Shown: positions 17,637 to 26,653 of the stretch, one piece after another | Layout: each line of letters starts with the position of its first letter | Numbering within the stretch: position 1 is the first letter of the stretch | Source: an uncultured archaeon | GTDB lineage: Archaea > Asgardarchaeota > Thorarchaeia > Thorarchaeales > Thorarchaeaceae | DNA length: 31,778 nucleotides | Assembly (NCBI GenBank): GCA_964458565.1 | Contig: CAYWJO010000041.1 | Location: 1-31,778, forward strand | Direction of reading: 5' to 3' | Notes under the pieces: generated by a model | The model's input: the letters and a program-made list of their open reading frames with translations, nothing else | The model's database searches: none | What the model was told of the DNA's origin: nothing | Program-made: the position numbers and the translations under genes

Positions 17637-18014
17637 TTAGTGCATATCAAGGACTTCATCCAAAATCGTTCTGACACTAAGGAGGCCAATAAGATGACCC
17701 TGCTTATCGGTTACTGGCAAGTGTCGTATATTATGGGATTTCATGATATTCTTGGCTTCTGCGAATGTGGAACCCTCTTCTACTGTCTTGAGATTAGTCG
17801 TCATGACATCCTTGAGTGGTGTACTCAAGGGAACTTCAGAAGATACCACTCGGATTGCGTCCCGTTCTGTGAATATCCCCTCACACTTCCCATCCTTGTC
17901 GATGATAATGATCGAGCCAATATGCTTGTGATGAAGGGTGCTAATCGCCTCTTTGATAGAGATATCCCCCGAAGCAGTCACTACATCTTCAATCAGCATA
18001 CCGTTGATTTTCAA
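17637..18014 (-). CDS. CBS-domain pair protein
   Basis: IGSIIIID..GIFTERD and IRHLPVTD..LIGLLSVR. Upstream of and co-oriented with GH130. Confidence 0.9.
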   Translation of the reverse strand: MKINGMLIEDVVTASGDISIKEAISTLHHKHIGSIIIIDKDGKCEGIFTERDAIRVVSSEVPLSTPLKDVMTTNLKTVEEGSTFAEAKNIMKSHNIRHLPVTDKQGHLIGLLSVRTILDEVLDMH

Positions 18015-18066
18015 TCAATCGCCTCATCTATTCCTTGCTAGACAGGAGTATTTAACATGATTGTTT

Positions 18067-18196
18067 GTCCTTATCGATGGAGCACACCCCCCAAAAAAAC
18101 TTCGAGTAACAAACAGTTCGTATGGCAAGTTTGTGACCATTCAAATATTGAAGGAAAACCACGCTGATATATGTACTTTAAATGCAGGAGATGCAG
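18067..18196 (+). pseudogene. Internal fragment homologous to 4529-4661 of the gene at 4283-4954
   Basis: VLIDGA...LRVTNSSYGKFVTIQILKENHADICTLNAGDA vs VLVEGA...LQVTNSSNDEYVTIQILKENPADVCALNKGDA. Shared GTGACCATTCAAATATTGAA. Confidence 0.85.
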
Positions 18197-18368
18197 CATT
18201 CTATATGCCTCATGCGCAGCGGGTAGAAGAAACAGGAGTGTGAGAGAGATTCTTCTTCTTACAAAATCAACTTGAACTCCTTCTCTTGACGGTAGGTAGT
18301 CTAGTCCGAATATCTCGCAGTATATATAAGACATGAAATGCAAACGGCAAAACCAGAAATCAGAATTA

Positions 18369-18376
18369 TTTAATAT
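18369..18376 (+). promoter_or_regulatory. TATA-like box of tautomerase copy 2 (probably leaderless transcript)
   Basis: TTTAATAT with 20 nt to ATG 18397, conserved with 3873-3880. Confidence 0.6.
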
Positions 18377-18396
18377 CCAAAATCCAAGGATAACTC

Positions 18397-18600
18397 ATGC
18401 CGACCGTTGATGTTAAGATGTGGAAAGGTGTATCTGAAGACGCCGCTGAACATATTATCTCAGGGATTACGAAGGTCTTTGTAGAGCTAGGAATTCCAGA
18501 ACGAGCTGTCGAAGTTATTATTCTAGAGATTCCAAAGTCCCATTGGGGAATCGAGGGAAAACCGGCTTCAAAATCGATGGCTGACGCAAAACCTCCCTAA
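18397..18600 (+). CDS. 4-oxalocrotonate tautomerase family protein, intact copy
   Basis: Met-Pro N-terminus, 67 aa, AVEVIILEIPKSHWGIEG. Confidence 0.9.
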   Translation: MPTVDVKMWKGVSEDAAEHIISGITKVFVELGIPERAVEVIILEIPKSHWGIEGKPASKSMADAKPP

Positions 18601-18695
18601 GAAAATCTTGAGTAATTGATTCAGTGGGTCCACCCTGAACATTATTTGCATGCGTGAGTAGGTATATAATAACACTCAAATTTACTATTATTAGA

Positions 18696-18917
18696 ATGAA
18701 CGAAACTACTTCGAAAAATGGGTCGAGCCGCAAGAATATCCACCTTGGTGATACAGTCGATATTGTGCAAAAGATGGATCAACGCACAGGAAAGCTCACT
18801 CGTGGAGTTGTGAAAGATATCCTCACAAACTCACCCCGTCATCCACACGGCATAAAGGTGCGGTTGCAGACTGGTCAGGTGGGGCGTGTCCAAACAATCA
18901 TCAAAGTGACCAATTGA
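18696..18917 (+). CDS. YwbE / DUF2196 family protein
   Basis: VDIVQKMDQRTGKLTRGVVKDILTNSPRHPHGIKVRLQTGQVGRV. ATG 18696 preferred. Confidence 0.88.
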   Translation: MNETTSKNGSSRKNIHLGDTVDIVQKMDQRTGKLTRGVVKDILTNSPRHPHGIKVRLQTGQVGRVQTIIKVTN

Positions 18918-19957
18918 AAACAAATGGAGCTGACCAAAGAATATTGGAACTCACAAGTTACAAAGATGAAATCCTTGATCAAATAGCCAGAGAGTATCCG
19001 AACCTTAGGCAATCAAAGATGAGTGAGTTCAAACAGATATTGGGCGGTGCTGACACAACCATCTACGGATTCGACTTAATAGCAGATTCTGAATCGATTC
19101 CTCTCATTCTGCGAATTTATCGACCCGCCTTCTCCGATTCTGCAGAGAGAGAATTCAGGGTGATACAGTTTCTTCATGCAAAGGGAATTGGAGTTCCCAG
19201 ACCATTCCTCCTCAATAACAGATCAAAATCAACTGGCAGAGCCTATATTGTAATGGAGCGTGTTGAAGGACGGCTTCTCTCTGATGAACTCCGCGCTTCA
19301 CAATCCACTCCTCGATTCGGTCACCTATTGGAGTTGTTCGTAAGGAACCTTGTTGCGATACATTCTGTTGACTGGACTGAGGGTCTAACCTTTCTAGATA
19401 GATACGAAATCAAGGAAAACTCGCACTTGTTCTTCACCTACGAGTTATCGACGCCGAAGAAGATAATCGCGGAATATGGAGTTGATGTTTTATCTCCTGT
19501 AATCGACTGGATGGAGGCTAACCAGGATGAACTCGGAGACCCTTGTCTTCTACACGCTGATTACCACAGTATGAATAATCTTGTGAGAGATGACGATAGT
19601 CTTGTGACAATTGACTGGGGGGCAGCGAAATTAGGTGACCGTAGATACGACCTAGGTTTTGCAGCAATGGTTCTTAACTCAATGTATTTTGACCAGACAG
19701 AGAAGTTGGTTTCGATGTACCAATCCCTCTCAGGGCAGAAGATTCAGAGCCTCGAATATTTTATGGTTCTCTCAGCCCTCTGGAATCTGTTGAGAATCTA
19801 CTCGTGCGCGTTCGACTATCAAATAACTAGCGAGAGTGAGGAAACAGCTAATTTATTCCTCAAAGATTATCGCGCTTACAGTGTGAATATTGTTAGGACT
19901 ATTCAGGAAACAACCGGGGTGACCCTGGCTAAACTACTTATTGTCTTGGGGCAATAA
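18914..19957 (+). CDS. Aminoglycoside phosphotransferase/choline kinase-like (APH family) phosphotransferase
   Basis: GG glycine loop, LILR, YIVMERVEG, Brenner motif LHADYHSMN, IDWG and GDRRYDLG. Overlaps the upstream stop (TTGA). Confidence 0.88.
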   Translation: MKTNGADQRILELTSYKDEILDQIAREYPNLRQSKMSEFKQILGGADTTIYGFDLIADSESIPLILRIYRPAFSDSAEREFRVIQFLHAKGIGVPRPFLLNNRSKSTGRAYIVMERVEGRLLSDELRASQSTPRFGHLLELFVRNLVAIHSVDWTEGLTFLDRYEIKENSHLFFTYELSTPKKIIAEYGVDVLSPVIDWMEANQDELGDPCLLHADYHSMNNLVRDDDSLVTIDWGAAKLGDRRYDLGFAAMVLNSMYFDQTEKLVSMYQSLSGQKIQSLEYFMVLSALWNLLRIYSCAFDYQITSESEETANLFLKDYRAYSVNIVRTIQETTGVTLAKLLIVLGQ

Positions 19958-20115
19958 TATTCTCTCTTCGTCAGGAAGAACCGCCACCTCAAATTTGAAT
20001 CAGGATAACTTCTGGGCAAGTACCCAGGTCCGAAAATCTCATGATTTCTACGGTCCATTCCTACAAATTGAGGATGAGTCTCCCATTTACATGACTTTCA
20101 TGGTCTCTCTAGAAT

Positions 20116-20619
20116 CTAACCTTCAGCTAGGAATTCAAATCCGGGCATATTCCTCAGCGAGTTCAAGTCTGCATCTTCACGAGCCCACTCTCTCAAGGAT
20201 TCGTCATTTTCAAGAGCAGTCCTGAGAAAATCCATAGCCTCCTCGTTTCGACCCAAGAATGCATAGTAGCATGCGAGATAGTAGTATGCGAGGTTGAGTT
20301 CTTTCTTATCAATCTCTACTCTCAACGCATTTTCAGTAGATTCAATTGCAGCTTCGTAATCCCCGAGCTCTCTCTGAGTACGTCCGAGATACAACCAGGG
20401 CCAGAATTCCTCTGGTTCAAGATTGATTGCAGCTGAGAACGCATCAGCAGCTTCAACAAAATCCCGTTTCCGTTTCAGAATGAGGCCAAGTTGATATTGA
20501 AGCTGCCATGATTCTTCATATTTATACAATGCGTGTCTGATGAGCTCTTCAGCATCCTCAATCCTACCTTCCTCTTGTAGGTGTTCTGATTGCTTCACTA
20601 GTTTCTCAATTTCGTTCAA
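20116..20619 (-). CDS. Tetratricopeptide repeat protein
   Basis: TPR consensus repeats (YQLGLIL...AADAFSAAINLEP; WLYLGR...AAIESTENAL) and terminal AYYYLACYYA...AREDADLNSLR. Confidence 0.88.
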   Translation of the reverse strand: MNEIEKLVKQSEHLQEEGRIEDAEELIRHALYKYEESWQLQYQLGLILKRKRDFVEAADAFSAAINLEPEEFWPWLYLGRTQRELGDYEAAIESTENALRVEIDKKELNLAYYYLACYYAFLGRNEEAMDFLRTALENDESLREWAREDADLNSLRNMPGFEFLAEG

Positions 20620-20951
20620 GATTCTACCAGCTTCTTTGCGATGTTTTCAAATTCACCATTACCAGTATAGAATGATTCGCTTTTAGGCCATACGATGGAT
20701 ACACTATTTGGAATCGCCAAGAGTCCTTGATATGCAATTATCTAGGACTATTTAGAAGAGTCCTAAAATTGCAGAGAAATTCGATATTCTAAGCATGTGA
20801 ACAATTGTAGAAGACAAACTAAGCCCGGTCTGAAAATCTTACGACCCATGATGTTGCATCTTAGAGTTTTAGAATCGGATATTCTAGTGATGGAAAGACC
20901 CATATTTGGAGGAACAGTCAAAAAAGCAATTCTGTACCGGAGGAGAAACAG

Positions 20952-21461
20952 ATGATGAAGACACTTCAAGAAAAGATTGCTGAGGAAATAGTCGGGGAAC
21001 TCAAGAGAGACTCATCAGTAGTTGGAATTGAAATCTGTGGAAGTCTAGCAAGAGGAGAGATAAAACCTCATTCCGACATCGACATTGAAGTGACATCTGA
21101 GAGTGTTGAGATGCATCAATTCATCGAGGAATTCAGAGGAGAAATTAAAGTTGATATGAGCATCACCCCATTGGAAGTTCTTCTGGAGTCTGTTGAAACC
21201 CATCCCTTCCTTCTTTATTCTTCAATGTGTGTGAAAATTGTTTACGACCTAAGGGGTATCCTCAAGCAGATTCGTGACAGACTAGAGATCCACTTTGACA
21301 GACATCCTGAGATTGTGAATTTCTGGGAAGAGAAATTGGATCTATATTTAGCGGCTAAAACGAAAGGAGAAGAACCCGAAGGCTATCGATCTGTTCTTGA
21401 TGAGGCTGAATTGAGATTCTCTAATGACAAGAAGATATCAAGGAGCTTCTTTCGGAGCTAG
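20952..21461 (+). CDS. Pol-beta superfamily nucleotidyltransferase domain protein
   Basis: GSLARG...SDIDI motif, third Asp in KVDM, helical C-terminal extension. GGAGGAG RBS. Confidence 0.85.
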   Translation: MMKTLQEKIAEEIVGELKRDSSVVGIEICGSLARGEIKPHSDIDIEVTSESVEMHQFIEEFRGEIKVDMSITPLEVLLESVETHPFLLYSSMCVKIVYDLRGILKQIRDRLEIHFDRHPEIVNFWEEKLDLYLAAKTKGEEPEGYRSVLDEAELRFSNDKKISRSFFRS

Positions 21462-21656
21462 TTTGCCTTGATCTGAACTGGAAGATTAAAGCTTTCTTCT
21501 TCTAACCTTCTCAATATCTCTCCGTAGATACCCGTATATTATACATCCACAAAATCTCTGACGCAAGAAACTCAGGTTCAAAGATATCATGAACCATAAC
21601 GATTGAGTACTTCAATTCAGTGTGGCCTTGACACTGCACGAGCTATTTCCGTTAGA

Positions 21657-21681
21657 CGTGGGAGTCAATTCGCCTCCCATG
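21657..21681 (-). terminator. Possible terminator hairpin between convergent genes
   Basis: CGTGGGAG-N9-CTCCCATG inverted repeat 30 nt past the stop of 21712-23871. Confidence 0.4.
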
Positions 21682-21711
21682 GTTGTTCTAAGGACAGTCG
21701 TCACTCATGTC

Positions 21712-23871
21712 TTACGAGCTTTTTCTAGAGTTCAGAAAAGCACCAAGTCCTAGGAACAGAGCTACGACTGCTATTGCTAATCCTGCGGTGGATATAATGA
21801 ATCCAACCTCGATGGCTCCATCTCCAGTGGTACCATTTCCATCAGACGCTATCACAGTGACTATGAAAGTCGCTGAATCGAAGTTACCAACAGGATCGAA
21901 GACCCTTATCTCGAGGTTATATACGCCAACAGCTAATGTACTGCTATTAGTGATAATGCCATTGTCATCAATCGCAAAGGCTGATGAACCAGTCAGTTCC
22001 CAGCTATCAATCCCGGACTCATCATAGGCTCCTACTTGGAGGATGAATGGTAACCCTTCTTCTATGGAGATGTCATAAGGTGACACAATCCACACAGGAG
22101 AAATATCATCAACTGGCTCTTCACCCACTATCACATAGAATTGAGCATTCAACATGTTGTCATGATTGTCATAGACTGTTAGAGTAAAAGGATATTCACC
22201 TCTTGGAAGCATGAGTGCATTCTTGATTATCGCTATGCCTGTGTTAGCAGACGAGATATCTGTCAGAGTGAAGTTCTCTGTGTCACTGCTCGTCCATCTG
22301 TCAATCCCAGCAAGGTCCCACGCAATCATCTGGAACTCCACTGACTCTCCATATGCATAGCTCCTGTTCTCAACTTGTGAATTCCAGACAGGAGCCACTG
22401 TGTCTTGGACTGTTACCTTGAAGGTTCCTTCAACTAATGTACCGTATACATTTGTCGCAGTCACATCCAGTGGATAAATTCCCACTTCAAGTAGGATCTT
22501 ATTGTTGATGACTCCTTCGTTGTCAATGATGAAATGTGAGGTGTCATTGATGTACCACTCATCAACGGGCGGAGGGGAGATGATATCAAGAGCATACTCA
22601 AAATCACTACCGTACTCTACTATCTGGTCTATTGGTGTAGGATTCCATACTGGTACTGTTGGTTCGAATACCAATGGATGATGATCCGCATCCGGATTGG
22701 TTCCATCACAGTAATAGGGGACATCTCCAAAACCGTCATTGTTTTGATCGAATCCTGAGTAGTCATCATAATAACCATATTCTATGTTATTGTCAGGCGA
22801 AAGGCACTCAACATGAATAGGATTGTTCTTGAATGTACTCCACAAGTAGTCATTATAGGATGACGTCCCAGAAATCTGAATACCCTGATTTTCACTATCT
22901 AAGAAGAGGTTGTTTGTACAAAGCATACCACCCGCATTGGTGACAAGTAACCCGACAGAATTTCCTATCAGTGTACAATCAGATATTATGCAGTCTGTCA
23001 GAAATGACACATAGATACCAGCAAGACCATTGCTGCAATAGTTGTTCACTATCACGTTATTATCAGAGTTTGAGACGAAGATTCCCCCTACATTATTATT
23101 CGCACACATGTTTCCTATTATTGAAACATTCAAACAAAACTCAACTCGTACCCCCCTCTGACTTATATCAATCAAATCATTGTTCTCTATCGTTGAATAC
23201 TCGCAAGTGGTGAGCCATAGACCATGGGTAGTACCATTTATCCTATTCTCAGAGATGATGGTGTTATTCGAGAGGGACAACGTAATGGAAAAATCAGTGA
23301 CAATCCCACTTACAATACCCATTATTGTGTTGTTAGTAATTATACAATTCTCAGTAACCGCATGAATTCCGTGGCGATTTTGGTAGAATGTGTTATTCTC
23401 AATGCGGCAGTTCGATGCATTGGTCAACCAAATCCCAGCTCTGTCACTCCGGTTTGCCCTTACGAGAAAGCAGTCCCTGATGACAAAATGAACTGACGTG
23501 TTTTCTATCAGGATGCAATTTCCATCTTCTCCATTACGGTCGATGTCATAGCCCTCTATGATGTAGGGTTGTGCTTCGCCGCCATTTCCATCCCATCCTT
23601 CAAGGCTGGCAGTGTCATCAAACTCTAGATTCCCATTAATAGTGATGGGATCATGGTCTATTCCTGCAGCGCGCAGGTTCTTCTCAGGGCTCTCAGGAAT
23701 AACGATTCCTTCATCATGCTCAGCTCTCCGGTTTGCTGTTGGTAACTCACTCGAATAGGGAATGAATGTCAAAAATAGACCAACCAGAATGACTGAGGCA
23801 ATGTAAGCGTGCATTCCTCTCTTCTTCATTTCTACTCTCCACTCATACGTATTTGATGGGTGCCTAGGCAT
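21712..23871 (-). CDS. Surface protein with right-handed parallel beta-helix (NosD/CASH-like) repeats, cadherin/Ig-like domains and a C-terminal TM anchor
   Basis: Signal peptide (likely start MKKRG). HDPITING..WDGNG....PYIIEG, many GIxL/NN repeats, repeated DTVAPVW/DDISPVW Ig-like units, TM plus RKSS. Confidence 0.88.
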   Translation of the reverse strand: MPRHPSNTYEWRVEMKKRGMHAYIASVILVGLFLTFIPYSSELPTANRRAEHDEGIVIPESPEKNLRAAGIDHDPITINGNLEFDDTASLEGWDGNGGEAQPYIIEGYDIDRNGEDGNCILIENTSVHFVIRDCFLVRANRSDRAGIWLTNASNCRIENNTFYQNRHGIHAVTENCIITNNTIMGIVSGIVTDFSITLSLSNNTIISENRINGTTHGLWLTTCEYSTIENNDLIDISQRGVRVEFCLNVSIIGNMCANNNVGGIFVSNSDNNVIVNNYCSNGLAGIYVSFLTDCIISDCTLIGNSVGLLVTNAGGMLCTNNLFLDSENQGIQISGTSSYNDYLWSTFKNNPIHVECLSPDNNIEYGYYDDYSGFDQNNDGFGDVPYYCDGTNPDADHHPLVFEPTVPVWNPTPIDQIVEYGSDFEYALDIISPPPVDEWYINDTSHFIIDNEGVINNKILLEVGIYPLDVTATNVYGTLVEGTFKVTVQDTVAPVWNSQVENRSYAYGESVEFQMIAWDLAGIDRWTSSDTENFTLTDISSANTGIAIIKNALMLPRGEYPFTLTVYDNHDNMLNAQFYVIVGEEPVDDISPVWIVSPYDISIEEGLPFILQVGAYDESGIDSWELTGSSAFAIDDNGIITNSSTLAVGVYNLEIRVFDPVGNFDSATFIVTVIASDGNGTTGDGAIEVGFIISTAGLAIAVVALFLGLGAFLNSRKSS

Positions 23872-24036
23872 AAGATGCGTTTGTACTTATATAAAAGGTG
23901 ATGGACATTTGATTTGAGGATAACTTATCGAAATATGAAAATGGGCAAAAGAAAATTGGAGTGTTTCATAGAAGAGCATCTTTTTTAAACAAGTACAACT
24001 CATCATGAAGAAAAGAACCCACTTGCTGTTGATAAT

Positions 24037-24315
24037 CTAGGACTGGTTTACCTTCTCTATCCTCTGAAGTATTTCGTCTACCTTTTCCTTAGAGAGAATT
24101 TCTCTGATGGCATCAAGTTCGTTTTAGCTTCTTATTATAATCCCCATCTTATTCATTGGATTTCCACTCTTGCCAATCGGATTGATCTCTACAGCTAAAT
24201 AGGCTGGATCATTCTTTGATTGAGGTATCTTTCTGATGAATATTCCAGGTTCAGCAGTCCTTAGCCGTTCGAATTTCCTCCCGTGCTTGAGCATATCTCT
24301 CAATGATTCTTCCAT
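24037..24315 (-). pseudogene. Archaeal-type hypothetical protein interrupted by an in-frame TAA at 24124-24126
   Basis: After ...LAVEINPIGKSGNPMNKMGIIIRS* the same frame continues NELDAIREILSKEKVDEILQRIEKVNQS* to TAG at 24037. GGTGA RBS at the start. Confidence 0.65.
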
Positions 24316-24496
24316 TCAGATCACCCGTTCTATCTAGTTCACCATCTTGATAAATTATATCACATTTTACTCACCTATAAAACTGATACGTGCTTCTTAG
24401 GTTTGAAGAGTTAATTACCATACAATTGTTATGGGCTGAAATCAAAATATTCATTTTAAGATAAAATGTAGTCCATCACCAATATCGAGGTCGTGA

Positions 24497-25300
24497 ATGA
24501 AATTGAACTCAGGTTTAGGATATAGTAAAGAGCGAGTTCCGAAATCACGTAAGCTGATTATAGAGAGCTGCGATTACGCATTAAAAGACCATAGAATGTT
24601 TGGATTATTTGAAGCGGATGTGACAGAGGCGCGAAGGCTGTTACGTAAGTACAAAGAACAGAGCGATGAGTCAATATCTTTCACTGGCTGGATTGCAGCA
24701 TGTGTAGGAAAGGCTGTTGGAGAACACAAACAGGTTCATGCACTAATGATTGGAAAACACTTTGTGATATTTGATGATGTAAACATCAACATCCTTATCG
24801 AAACCATCCTTGAGGGCCGAGTATATCCTGTCAACTACATTTTGAAATCAGCAAATACTAAGACTGTCATGGAGATTAATCGTGAGATTCGTGAAGCACA
24901 GAAGAAGAAGGAGGAAGATTATACTGAGGCTAAGGAAAACCGTGGTATCAAAGTACTGCTATCTGTTCCAAAGTTCCTGAGAGCCCTTCTTTTCTGGCGT
25001 AAGGTTCGTAAGAATCCAGTCTTCATAAAGGAGAAAATGGGGACAGTCGCTGTGACCTCAATAGGCATGTATGCCAAATCTGGTGGATGGGCAATTCCTC
25101 TTGGACTTCATGCAGTCAATATAGCCGTCGGTGGAATATCTGAAAGACCTGGATTTGTAGGTGACAAGATTGAGAAGAGAGAATACTTAGCGTTAACAAT
25201 GACACTCAATCATGATGTTGTCGATGGAGCTCCAGCAACTCGTTTTGTCGCGAGACTCATTGAACTTCTAGAAGTGGGTCATGGTCTTCCATCTTCATAA
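24497..25300 (+). CDS. Stand-alone 2-oxoacid dehydrogenase acyltransferase (E2) catalytic-domain protein
   Basis: EADVT, ISFTGW, GTVAVTSIGM and LTMTLNHDVVDGAPATRFV. No lipoyl or E3-binding domain. Confidence 0.88.
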   Translation: MKLNSGLGYSKERVPKSRKLIIESCDYALKDHRMFGLFEADVTEARRLLRKYKEQSDESISFTGWIAACVGKAVGEHKQVHALMIGKHFVIFDDVNINILIETILEGRVYPVNYILKSANTKTVMEINREIREAQKKKEEDYTEAKENRGIKVLLSVPKFLRALLFWRKVRKNPVFIKEKMGTVAVTSIGMYAKSGGWAIPLGLHAVNIAVGGISERPGFVGDKIEKREYLALTMTLNHDVVDGAPATRFVARLIELLEVGHGLPSS

Positions 25301-25455
25301 TCACCAAGGTTCCACGTGTTAGATGCTTGAAGGTCTAATTATCATCCAATTCTGATGGAGCACGGGCAGCTTTCATTATGTATCATTAGTATCCTCAAGT
25401 GGTTTGTGTAGTGGTAATTGTTAGAGGTTTATTTCACACAGATCTAGTCGAATAA

Positions 25456-25722
25456 TTGGTACTGTGGCTTATGCGTTCATCATCATATTCAATAGTTGTA
25501 ATCAAGCTTATCGCAGATGACGCCATATCTCTAACGCATCCTCATAGGACTCCACAAGAGTTGGTTCCAATACAGGGAATACGTTTTGGTTTCAAAGGTG
25601 CAGAAACAAATACGATTACATTCGTTGAAATGGAATCCGGTATTGTCACCGCGTTTCAATTTCAGGGTGGAGGAGGATTCTTTGCACAACTCATAGAGGC
25701 AGAGAAAATCGAAGAGAGCTAA
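25456..25722 (+). pseudogene. Possible 3' gene remnant (short beta-rich C-terminal domain)
   Basis: Protein-like ELVPIQGIRFGFKG..TITFVEMESGIVTAFQF with no convincing start. Loosely resembles C-terminal domains of serine hydrolases. Confidence 0.3.
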
Positions 25723-25954
25723 TAATTTGCAAAATTCTGAGCAAGAGCTACTCTGAAATTATATATGAGGATAGAATCAGAACAAACGGTCTTTCCATAG
25801 TAGAGAAATAAGGATTGGGCGAGGATAACTGCTATCGATAAGAATACTTGAATTATATTTGCTTGTCTTAGCGACAGGGCAAGAACTCAGGTCTAAAAAA
25901 TTTCCTGCTCATGACGACTAATGATATGTAAGTCAGTGATTTCACTTTAATTAG

Positions 25955-26653
25955 TTATACAATAATTGACTCGATGTGAACGAGTAATATTGAGGCAAAG
26001 TCTTGTTCGGCATTATAAAAGAACAAACCAATCACCAAGTATAATTCTGTTGTTCCAAGTTCTGCTTCGTCTATTATAACATCATATGAAGGGTGGTGTT
26101 GAAGAGGTAAATATACCCAGATAGTGACCTCAACCGGAGGGCAACAAGTACAAAGTGGGACAAATTGATGAAGCTGGAACCCATCTGTGTGTCTTTGCAC
26201 AATACTACCATTTACTTCAACATATTGATCATCATATTTTTCGCCAAAGTTCGTGAGTTCGAATAAGTTCACCTTCATCCTATCTTCAGGAATCTCATCG
26301 AACCAACGCTCACCCACTACATGGTTAATCCAATCATCACTCGGATCAGCATCAACAATAATCAGGGGGGTTATTAGAAGTAGGATTATTGGAAGAATAA
26401 TTGGTAATGCATTTGTCTTGGGTCCTAGTTTGCTTTCTGCTGATGTGGCCGCACAAACCTGACATGTCTTTGCTTCCGGATCCTTAAATTGACCTTCAAC
26501 AGTCGCAAGTCCTGCTACGATCAGAATGATTCCATTGATAATGGACATATATGGATCATACTGAATTCGAAAGACGAGTATAACGATACCAAGGGCGAAA
26601 AGTAGCCACCCATGATTTAACCTTGTCCTCTTTTTTATCATACTAACACCCAC
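25955..26653 (-). CDS. DUF1980/TIGR03943 (YcgQ)-like membrane protein
   Basis: Two TM helices, CQVC, a third TM, then a soluble OB-like domain (YVEVNGSIV...FQLHQFVPLCTCC). Lies directly downstream of a DUF318 permease, as YcgQ does with YcgR. Confidence 0.65.
   Translation of the reverse strand: MGVSMIKKRTRLNHGWLLFALGIVILVFRIQYDPYMSIINGIILIVAGLATVEGQFKDPEAKTCQVCAATSAESKLGPKTNALPIILPIILLLITPLIIVDADPSDDWINHVVGERWFDEIPEDRMKVNLFELTNFGEKYDDQYVEVNGSIVQRHTDGFQLHQFVPLCTCCPPVEVTIWVYLPLQHHPSYDVIIDEAELGTTELYLVIGLFFYNAEQDFASILLVHIESIIV

Noticed and set aside
20952-21461. MNT-HEPN toxin-antitoxin or CBASS cyclase interpretation
   Set aside because: No HEPN partner or effector nearby, and it is too short for a CD-NTase.
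21461-21600. Possible minus-strand gene tail (YTGIYGEILRRLEEESFNLPVQIKAN*)
   Set aside because: Too short and motif-free to call without a search.
24124-24126. Stop-codon reassignment, selenocysteine or pyrrolysine
   Set aside because: The codon is TAA, which terminates many genes in the window. Sec uses TGA and Pyl uses TAG.
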